A stretch of DNA of 64,000 nt from Epithemia pelagica (lineage: Eukaryota > Protista > Bacillariophyta), in NCBI GenBank assembly GCA_946965045.2, contig OX337236.1, positions 1,178,001 to 1,242,000 on the forward strand, read 5' to 3'. How positions within the stretch are numbered: the stretch's first letter is position 1; each line of letters begins with the position of its first letter. A model generated the notes under the pieces. That model had not been told where the DNA came from. It ran no database searches and saw only the letters and a list, made by a program, of their open reading frames with translations. A program made the position numbers and the translations under genes. Shown in pieces: positions 55,742-64,000 of this stretch.

Positions 55742-58700
55742 TCAAAACTTTTTGCCCAACGAATGCATGGCATCCACGGCAAGCCACATTTTGGAGCTCA
55801 AGGCTCGCTCCAGCAACTCTTCCATAAACACCACGGCTTGATCTTCCGACAAGTCCAAACGCAGACGCTCTCTCATCCCCAGAATTGCCTGGTCAATCGA
55901 TTGGTTCTCAGTAATATCAGGAAGGGTCGAGGCTTCCATCAATCGAACCATGGACAACAATACACGAACGGTTTCAGGTCTTCTCAATGCCAAAAACGCT
56001 GCACTGGCCAAGGACAGGAACTTGGCATAGTTGTCACTTTCCTTGCCGCCCATTCCTTGCACCATGTCGTCCGTAACCCTCACGGGTTGAAAGGTCTTGG
56101 GGTCCCGTCCCAAAAGAAAGGAGAAATCGCAGTGAAAAAAGCTTCCACTTTGATGCAGCAACAAATTATCCAAATGCCGATCCCCCACGCCCAAAATATA
56201 GGTGATCACGCTGTATCCGGCACAACTCTTGACATAGGTATCCATGACCGATCGTCGAACCAGATAGGGAGCGCGTGGATCGTACGCCACACTCCGCAAA
56301 TAATCTTGAATGGGATTGCGAAAGCCGGAATTGCATCCCGATTTAGTACCTGTCAGTCGACTGATCGAGCCATGGCCATGACTATTCCCCATGCGAGTCA
56401 ACGATTCAAACTTGGTCAACCCTGCCTTGGCAAACATGGAAGGCGAAGCTTGGCCAGCATCTGGAGTGGGACTATTGTCCAAAAAGGTTTCCAAAAAGGG
56501 TTGACATATTTCGCTTAACGGCACACTCCCCGGTACCCATTCGACAAACCCTCGTTTGGTTCCCACGGGCGTACATTGAAATGTTAACAGTTTCATATCA
56601 AGACCCGCCGCCTTGAGGATCTTGTCACACGTTCGAATGAATTGGACCGCAAATGCCTCTTGTCGAAGATCATCATCATGCTTGTAGAGTAGCATCCGCT
56701 TTCGCGCAAATGCTCCTTTGGCTTCTTCATCAAATTCCACCACTTCGGTTGACACTCTCAGCTCCAAGTTCAATGATCCCTTAGAGGGAGTCTGCGGTAA
56801 CTCTCCCTGTTCGTCAAAGTTGCATTCGGTCGAGTCCAACAGAATTAACTTTGCCGTGGTCGTCATGGAGCCAATCTCGGGATTTCCGTCATAGTCCCAA
56901 TCATCCTCCCCGTGTTGATCCCAGAGGTCCGATAAATCCACCCACCCAAAACGGGGAGGTTCCGACGAGGAATCTTCGGGAACACCGGACAAGCGAAGAC
57001 CCAGAGTTTGTGGAGCTCCCCAGGATGACCGTGTATCAAAGACCAACTTTTGTCCCGAGAACCAAGAGTGCTTGGAGCCGCGCGTGTCGATACAACGGCT
57101 ATTGTCCGATGCGACCACGGTACCTGCAACACCGGCGTGTATCACATAGGCACTGTTCTTTAGTCTTTCACTGCCTTTTAGGTTCAACAGTTCCACCGTG
57201 GTTCGGTAGATCCGCTGCATTCCAGAGGGATCATCGGAGCTGCGCTTCTCGCTAATGTTAAACGTCAGTAACAGAGGAAAATGTGCACTGGGAATAATAT
57301 AGCACTCCTCCGTGTCCACAGAAGACAGCAATTCCGATGACTCCACTGGGTTGACCAGTAGTCTGCCCCTGGACTCGGCAGATGCATGTTCCAGACTTTC
57401 GCGCATTGTGGTCGTGACACTGATCACGGCAGTGTCCTTGGTGGTGGACCATGGTTGTCTTGCCCAGTCGGCAACCTTTTGCCGGAAGGATTTTTGAAGA
57501 TTTCGTTCTATCGTACCACATATGCGATCAAGCTGCGCCAAGAACTCAGCCATGTTTTCGTACATGGTGGAAGGCGTTTGTGTTAAACTTCCAGATTCTG
57601 CGTCGTCTTCGTGTAACGGATTGTTGGTGGCTTCCATTTTGGCGTTCCCTTCAGCACCAGGTGATCTGAGAGGTAGTTGATTTTTCCGACTCCTTTGGTT
57701 TGGAGATGTAGGAGGAGCAGATGACACCCGAGGAAGTCCTCTTTTCGACGAATTCGATTTCGGCTGCTCACTCGGTGACGGCGGCAACGAATTCGCATCA
57801 ATGTCTTGCACATTGTTCTTGTTTGCGCCAACTCTTGGAGGTCGCTTTCTCAAGAACCCCATGATTCGTTTTTTCTTACCTCCCTTTGGCGCCGTTTCCA
57901 TGGCGGTGGACGAGGCCCCTGGCGAGTCTGGAACCACAGCGGGTGCCGGAAACAACGCGTCCGTGGAAACACCCACGATTCGCACTCGTGGCATCACCCT
58001 CGGCCCACTAAACTCTTGAATCTGTCCAGCCAATTGCTTCTCGGCGTAGCGTAGCAATTCAAGACAATTCATGAGTGCCATTAAACTGTTGGAGCCACTG
58101 TCCCCTTTGGCATTTGACGGCCGTCGGGTTTCCAAGGACGAAATATAGGACCGCAACAAGAAGTAGAGCCGTTGACAGAATCCTTCATCGCGCTTGGAGA
58201 TTTTAAGCAGAAGCGCTGTGAGTTCTTTGGCATCTCGTTGCGCTTCCATGGCGGGTGTTGACGAGGGAGATATCGCTTCCTTCTTTTCTTCCAGGTCTTC
58301 ACGGTAATTGGAAGGTGTGCAAATAACGCTAATGATCTGAAGTAGAAAGGAGCCTGCAGCATCCGGTGAGCCTGGTCCAGACAAGAGGTCTGGAAACGCA
58401 TGTACTGGACTGGATGGAGCTCCCACGGAAAAGGTTCTCAGAAAATGAGAAAAATCTTCTTCACGATAGGCCACGCAATGAAACTGAAGACAATAAAGGA
58501 GGGCTTTCAGCGGATTCCACGCCTCCAACAACTCATCCTTGCTTAGTTTGGGACATGGTGAATACACTTTGTTGCTGGTCCATAGGTGTTCCCTATTTCC
58601 AACCGTGCGCAGAACTGGTGACTCGGCATGACCCGAAGCGACCTCTTCGGCAAGCTGCGAAAGTAATTTTTTATTGCTGTGTTGACCGTGGTCTGCCGTG

Positions 58701-59932
58701 GGTGTTCCTCCAGGCCACAAGCCTCCCAGTGCGTTTTCGAGAGAATGAAACTTGATTTCAACTCCATCATCGGTTCGTTTTACCCTCCGAGGCAGTGGCT
58801 TATCCTGTGCTGAGCCTACAACAAAATCTTCTTGTCCGGTTTTTCGCAAGAAATGACTACTCCTGGCGGCAGACGGCGGAAAGCACAAGGTCAAATGGAT
58901 TTCTTCTTTGTGGGCAAAGGTATCGCGTAATATGCTGGCCACGTCCATGTGATCGCACGAACGAAAGGATTCCCCTTGCGCCATGGCCACAATACTACCC
59001 CGTTGCACCCCTGCCGAGGCGGCGAAGCTGTAGACACGCTTCACCAAAGGAAAGTTGCCACAGGACGCCCACGATATACCCCATGGTGGATTGGATAGAA
59101 AAAGAAAGGTGGATATTTTGCCTCTTTTGATAAATGTCATGGCCACTGGCTCCCTGACTGGTTTGCTGTTCTCATCGCCTTCAGTGGATGTAGGCGAGGA
59201 AGCTTCCTGCAAATCCGAATGCGGAGAGCAGGAGGAAACATCATGGTCCAAGAAACCCTCGTATTGCCACATTCGCTCCAAGGCCTGTTTGGTTGGTTCG
59301 GCCAACAAACACATGCCATTGACAGAGACGAGAACGGACCCTTCCTCCACCCCCAAGTAATCTGCTTCAGAATGGGCATGAACTCTTCGAACATGAAGAC
59401 CCAATGAGAGTTTGCTAATGGTAAGTCCCAACTTCTCGTCCGAATCCCCCGTCACGGGTGGAATACGGACCGGATAGCTTATATAGGACTCTGGAATGCC
59501 AGCCAGGCCAATTTTGTGTTGGGGTTGTTGTTTGGATAGATCATTTTGTTGACAAAACTTTTTCCCAAAGACGGCATTGATCCATTCGTGACGAACTTCC
59601 GGCGATGGTTGAATGTGACCAACCGCGGTGGACAGTTCGGACTGATCACGATGTTCCAATGGTACTGAGGTCCCAATGGAAAGTCCCTGCGTCATGGATC
59701 TGGTGGAGCGAACAATTTCCGTTTCCTCGTCGTCTGATTTGGTTTCTTCCTCCTCTTCGGGTTGCTGGAGGGGGTCCGATTTGGTTTCCTCTCGTTCTCC
59801 CGAATTCCAGCTGGGAGAAATCGAATTGACTACTGAATCCACTTTGCGATGAATAATATCCGCCGCCGTCTCACCCGAGTCCGTTCGGTATTGCCGCGCT
59901 AACGAATAGAGTGCCGCCACCACCAACACCAT
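55742..59932 (-). CDS. Vps34-like phosphatidylinositol 3-kinase with atypical architecture
   Basis: IPSAHFPLLLTF, LLYKHDDDLRQE, GFVEWV, TYVKSCAGYSVITYILGVGDRHLDNLLL, HCDFSFLLGRDPK; two PDZ-like segments near the N-terminus. Confidence 0.9.
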   Translation of the reverse strand: MVLVVAALYSLARQYRTDSGETAADIIHRKVDSVVNSISPSWNSGEREETKSDPLQQPEEEEETKSDDEETEIVRSTRSMTQGLSIGTSVPLEHRDQSELSTAVGHIQPSPEVRHEWINAVFGKKFCQQNDLSKQQPQHKIGLAGIPESYISYPVRIPPVTGDSDEKLGLTISKLSLGLHVRRVHAHSEADYLGVEEGSVLVSVNGMCLLAEPTKQALERMWQYEGFLDHDVSSCSPHSDLQEASSPTSTEGDENSKPVREPVAMTFIKRGKISTFLFLSNPPWGISWASCGNFPLVKRVYSFAASAGVQRGSIVAMAQGESFRSCDHMDVASILRDTFAHKEEIHLTLCFPPSAARSSHFLRKTGQEDFVVGSAQDKPLPRRVKRTDDGVEIKFHSLENALGGLWPGGTPTADHGQHSNKKLLSQLAEEVASGHAESPVLRTVGNREHLWTSNKVYSPCPKLSKDELLEAWNPLKALLYCLQFHCVAYREEDFSHFLRTFSVGAPSSPVHAFPDLLSGPGSPDAAGSFLLQIISVICTPSNYREDLEEKKEAISPSSTPAMEAQRDAKELTALLLKISKRDEGFCQRLYFLLRSYISSLETRRPSNAKGDSGSNSLMALMNCLELLRYAEKQLAGQIQEFSGPRVMPRVRIVGVSTDALFPAPAVVPDSPGASSTAMETAPKGGKKKRIMGFLRKRPPRVGANKNNVQDIDANSLPPSPSEQPKSNSSKRGLPRVSSAPPTSPNQRSRKNQLPLRSPGAEGNAKMEATNNPLHEDDAESGSLTQTPSTMYENMAEFLAQLDRICGTIERNLQKSFRQKVADWARQPWSTTKDTAVISVTTTMRESLEHASAESRGRLLVNPVESSELLSSVDTEECYIIPSAHFPLLLTFNISEKRSSDDPSGMQRIYRTTVELLNLKGSERLKNSAYVIHAGVAGTVVASDNSRCIDTRGSKHSWFSGQKLVFDTRSSWGAPQTLGLRLSGVPEDSSSEPPRFGWVDLSDLWDQHGEDDWDYDGNPEIGSMTTTAKLILLDSTECNFDEQGELPQTPSKGSLNLELRVSTEVVEFDEEAKGAFARKRMLLYKHDDDLRQEAFAVQFIRTCDKILKAAGLDMKLLTFQCTPVGTKRGFVEWVPGSVPLSEICQPFLETFLDNSPTPDAGQASPSMFAKAGLTKFESLTRMGNSHGHGSISRLTGTKSGCNSGFRNPIQDYLRSVAYDPRAPYLVRRSVMDTYVKSCAGYSVITYILGVGDRHLDNLLLHQSGSFFHCDFSFLLGRDPKTFQPVRVTDDMVQGMGGKESDNYAKFLSLASAAFLALRRPETVRVLLSMVRLMEASTLPDITENQSIDQAILGMRERLRLDLSEDQAVVFMEELLERALSSKMWLAVDAMHSLGKKF

Positions 59933-61084
59933 TCAAACCCTCTTCTTTCAGTGCGTCAAGACCACACACTCTGTCGCGCCAAGGCTACTGTCAACCAAAA
60001 CCTCTTCACAACAACAACAACAAAACAACCAGACTGTTCGACAGACCAAGGTTGGATTGCTTTGGGCTTGGTGTTCTCTCGTGCAGTGACGCTGCCACAA
60101 CACACCCAAACGTAACAACAAACCACAACCACAGTACCTCGGTACGTTTGTTTCAGGAGGTTGTGTGTGAGTTGTTGGTTCCCTCCAAACGGATGACAAT
60201 GGATGTCCTCACTCAATGGCGTTCAAACGGTTGGCAAGTGTCGACGATTGTCTGCCTCGAGTTCTTCCGTTGAAAAAGTCTGCCCAATGGACGACGAGGG
60301 TTATCGATTATTGGATGAGCAACACACACAAAGCGGTGGTAAATAATCGAAAAGAGTATGTGTGTCGATTGTATGATCGTGGCCCGTTGCTACGCTCCGT
60401 TGATTCTTGCGCACAGCAGAAAGAGAGAAACACCGACTCTAAACACATGATGTTGGCCTCGGCGAGCGATCGGCCATTGGCCCAGACCCAGACTGCCTCT
60501 TATCTATGTCCGGGAAGAACACTACCTGAGCCCGAGCATGCCGGCCTACACTTTGAGTATTTAGGGAGATTTTTGGTTGGTTTGACCTCTTTTTTCCACA
60601 CTCCACACGACAAATTTCTGCACGACGGGGTTTGCCCGCGGTGGATTTTTCGGTTTCGTGGGTATCTATGTAGGAATATTATGTAGAAGCGAAACACGAG
60701 TTCGACACGTGTGAACCCAATCTGTTTACGAATGGTTGTCATTCATTTCAGGCACGGGGATTGGCGCGCGCTCATGCAGTTAGTCGCTCTTATCAATGTA
60801 CAAAAGGGTTAGGGTTGGGGATCTTTTTCGGTCTTGGGAGGACAAACTCTCCCCAACCATTTCTTATTGATCCAACCAGGCCCAATAGGTGTGCAATTGA
60901 CACAACCATCTTGTTTTTCTCAATGACCGTTCAAACAAGATTGGATCAATGACAGCTTTCGATCCGGTAGAGAGGGTAGAAATCTTTCCTCACTCCCACA
61001 ATTTCTATTTTCCAAGGAACGCAACCTCGACGACACACAAAACCTTTTGAAATCCTTTTTTCCAAAACCAAACGACACGCCAAG

Positions 61085-61411
61085 ATGGATATGATGTTTT
61101 ATATGAACAAAAACAAGGAAAAGGCGGCGACCAAGGAGAAAGAACGCAAGGAAAAGTCGGAACTCAAGAACGTTCTCATTACGGATACATGCGAAACGGA
61201 TATTCGAAAGGACCAGCATCAGAGGGAAAAACAATGGAAGAAAACGGGTAAAGAAACCAAGGAGTCCAACCGAGATGTTCTCATTACAGATACATGCGAG
61301 TCGGATATTCGCAAGGAACAGCACACCCGTGAAGTTGTGGCCAAGCAGACCGCCCGAGACACGAAAGCTTCCAACAAGGATGTCAACATGGCCGCTGCTG
61401 TGTTTGGCTAA
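61085..61411 (+). CDS. Charged repeat protein, paralogue 1 (108 aa; modules A-A)
   Basis: Shared MDMMFYMNKNKEKAATKEKERKEK head, two 35-aa modules, DVNMAAAVFG tail. Synonymous divergence among the three paralogues supports coding. Confidence 0.88.
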   Translation: MDMMFYMNKNKEKAATKEKERKEKSELKNVLITDTCETDIRKDQHQREKQWKKTGKETKESNRDVLITDTCESDIRKEQHTREVVAKQTARDTKASNKDVNMAAAVFG

Positions 61412-62061
61412 ACGTCATCACCTTGGCATTTTCTCAAATGCAACTCCACTGCATCTCTTCTCCATATCTCTCATCCGCTGCTGTTGTGGGATCAAGCGGT
61501 ATTGAGGCGATCCTGGGTTTCATCAACAGCTCTCTGTACATCTACTGAAATTCTGGATTCAGTCCAAATGTCCGGACGTAACTTGACAATAAAATGTTTC
61601 ATTACACGTAGGATTCTATTTGAGCAAACTCGTAGGAGTAGGAGTATAGGAGTAGGAGAAGGACGTATCGTTTTCCGTCTGATAGCGAAAGATGAGTACC
61701 GGTACTTTATTTCTTAGGGATAGGGATTACGGCCTTGTAGCTGAGGGCTTCCCAACAGAAAAACTTTCCCCCAAGCTACTGCCCCAACCACTTTGCATAT
61801 GTTTTTAGAATAGCCGCTTCTTTTAAGATAAGCGATGGGCCTGGTGATAAAGACAAATTCTCTTATGAATTCTCTTGGGCTTTGTCCCTCCGGAGTACGA
61901 GATGACCACATCAACACCAGCGTCCTGAATTCAGATTTGTCTCACAATCCGGTAAACCAACATCACAGTTGTCAGAAATTCTCATCCAGCCTTTCACGTC
62001 GAGAGCATTCCTTCAGTTTTGACCTTTGCCTCTATTGAGAGAAGAAACAAACGCTTCCAAG

Positions 62062-62496
62062 ATGGATATGATGTTTTACATGAACAAGAACAAGGAGAAG
62101 GCCGCGACCAAGGAGAAGGAGCGCAAGGAGAAGGCCGAACTCAAAAACGTGCTCATCACGGAAACTGCTGAGACAGCGATCCGATCGAAGCAATTCGGTC
62201 AAGAAAAGGCCTGGAAGCAAAAGGGACGCGAAACCAAAGCTAATTTGAAAGACGTTAACATGGCAACGGCCGCGTTTGAGTCTGAAATCCGTAAGGAACA
62301 ACATCAGCGGGAGAAGCAATGGAAACAAACTGGCCGCGAAACCAAGGAGTCCAACCGAGATGTTCTCATCACCGATACGTGCGAGTCGGATATTCGTAAG
62401 GAGCAACATCAACGTGAAGTGGACTCCAAGAAGACAGCCCGGGACACGAAAGATTCCAACAAGGATGTCAATATGGCCGCTGCCGTTTTCGGTTAG
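62062..62496 (+). CDS. Charged repeat protein, paralogue 2 (144 aa; modules A-B-A)
   Basis: Same head and tail; 35+36+35-aa modules. Confidence 0.88.
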   Translation: MDMMFYMNKNKEKAATKEKERKEKAELKNVLITETAETAIRSKQFGQEKAWKQKGRETKANLKDVNMATAAFESEIRKEQHQREKQWKQTGRETKESNRDVLITDTCESDIRKEQHQREVDSKKTARDTKDSNKDVNMAAAVFG

Positions 62497-63060
62497 GTAC
62501 GTTCGACTTCGCTCTACCGATGTCGAAAACGCAGGAATGACGGAGATGGGTCTCCAAACGTGTGTCTATGTTTGATTTCGGGCATGTTAGGACTTAATTT
62601 TATTTTAGAATGCCTTCGCTAGAGACATGTTCTCTTTGTACGGTCACCCTCAACCACTTAGAATCAGTTGCGACCTTTCAAATATGGCATTCATTTCGTG
62701 TGTTGCGTCCTTCATATTTCTACAAAGGAGGAAATCTATGAGTAAGGCATCCAACATCCAATATCTGAATTGGAGCCAGACCGACCGAGCAAAGACAAAC
62801 GTCGAACTTTTAAATTTTAAAAACTCCTTCGAAACGACCAAGACCAAAGTATCCAACAAACACATCTTCTTGGGTATGGACGCGCTGTGACCAAAATGAC
62901 TCCCAATCAAACTATGAAATGTCTTTTTTCATCTTTTGGTAAAAACAAACACCTATCCACAGTTCTCACATCCAACGTTTGACAAGCCGCGTCGCTCCTC
63001 CTTCTCCCAACCGTTGCCTTCCCTTACTCGTCTTTCGAGAACAAAAATCACACTTTCAAG

Positions 63061-63603
63061 ATGGATATGATGTTTTATATGAACAAGAATAAGGAGAAGG
63101 CGGCGACCAAGGAGAAGGAACGAAAGGAGAAGGCGGATTTGAAAAATGTTCTCATTACGGACACGGCGGAATCAACGGTACGCAAGCAACAGTTTGGTCA
63201 AGAAAAGGCGTGGAAACAAACTGGTCGCGACACAAAGGCCAATTTGAAGGATGTTCTCATTACGGACACTGCCGAGTCATCGGTGCGCAAGGAACAGTTT
63301 GAGCGCGAACAACGTCACAAGCAAGACGCTCGCGATACCAAGACCAACCTCAAGGATGTGAATATGGCCACTGCTGTCTTTGAAACCGAGATTCGTAAGG
63401 AACAGCATGAACGCGATCAACAGGCCAAGCAGACAGCCCGAGATACCAAGACCAACCTCAAGGACGTCAACATGGCCACTGCCGTCTTTGAAACCGAAAT
63501 CCGCAAGGAGCAACACGAGCGCGAACAACAGGCCAAGCAGACAGCCCGAGATACCAAGGACTCTAATAAAGATGTCAACATGGCACGAGCTGTCTTTGGA
63601 TAA
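63061..63603 (+). CDS. Charged repeat protein, paralogue 3 (180 aa; modules A-A-B-B)
   Basis: Same head and tail; 35+35+36+36-aa modules. Confidence 0.88.
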   Translation: MDMMFYMNKNKEKAATKEKERKEKADLKNVLITDTAESTVRKQQFGQEKAWKQTGRDTKANLKDVLITDTAESSVRKEQFEREQRHKQDARDTKTNLKDVNMATAVFETEIRKEQHERDQQAKQTARDTKTNLKDVNMATAVFETEIRKEQHEREQQAKQTARDTKDSNKDVNMARAVFG

Positions 63604-64000
63604 TTAGAATAGATGGCATGAAGGGTGCCACTTTGAAGGAGAAGGTTTGGATAAGCGATGGTAGGACCAGGCTTAACCACTTACTCTAACTTTATGGACG
63701 ACCTTAAACCGTCATCCATGAAGCAGGTGAACGTCGACTGCAATGTCGTCTAATGTCTAGAACCATATATTTACTGTTGAAGTGATGAGTCTAGAACTGG
63801 CACGGTTATGTAGGGTATGCATAGCCATGGAGTAAACATCACAGGGTTTGCATTTGAAATACCGTGCATAGCTGGATTTTGGGAAGCTGCATTTGTCGTA
63901 GCTTCATTTTGTCTAGCTTCATTCCTCGTTTCTTCCTAAAAGTTGCTACATGCGTCAACAATCGACCTTTTGATATAGTTTCAATTATCTATGTGGTGTT

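Noticed and set aside
55682-56518. 278-aa + strand ORF
   Set aside because: Antisense to the PI3K catalytic domain; no independent features.
59948-60742. Short ORFs upstream of the PI3K gene
   Set aside because: Overlapping low-complexity ORFs on both strands with no motif; an extra PI3K exon could not be supported.
60805-60820. AGGGTTAGGGTTGGGG telomere-like sequence
   Set aside because: Fewer than two perfect repeats; expected by chance.
60920-63680. Minus-strand hydrophobic ORFs over the three repeat-protein genes
   Set aside because: Antisense mirrors of Lys/Glu-rich coding sequence.

Overview
Gene-dense eukaryotic DNA with short GT-AG introns, most likely from a pennate diatom. This is inferred from a CoDi-like Ty1/copia element, bipartite signal+F plastid presequences and a dispersed 5S rRNA gene. 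The first ~8.5 kb is a disturbed block: the 3' part of an intact copia pol abuts a truncated LZTR1-like kelch gene, a Crinkler-type REase gene sits between two ~80-bp direct repeats, and a DUF501 gene is cut off by decayed sequence. The rest holds housekeeping genes (ANKZF1/VMS1, TBCB, PIGB, UTP3/SAS10, ERCC4/XPF, an RluF-like pseudouridine synthase), a lone 5S rRNA gene and several unusual genes. Highlights: (1) a single-chain H2A-H2B histone doublet that is acidic and carries a signal peptide (22270-23184); (2) a 152-nt rod-like hairpin with three near-identical purine 5x5 internal loops inside a 492-nt intron of a UDG family-6-like glycosylase; (3) three tandem paralogues built from 35/36-aa modules in AA, ABA and AABB order; (4) a Vps34-like PI3K with PDZ-like domains and a C2-like insert in the kinase N-lobe; (5) a TBC protein lacking the Q-finger, with six 105-aa luminal repeats. 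All family assignments come from recognising motifs by eye; no database searches or computations were run.
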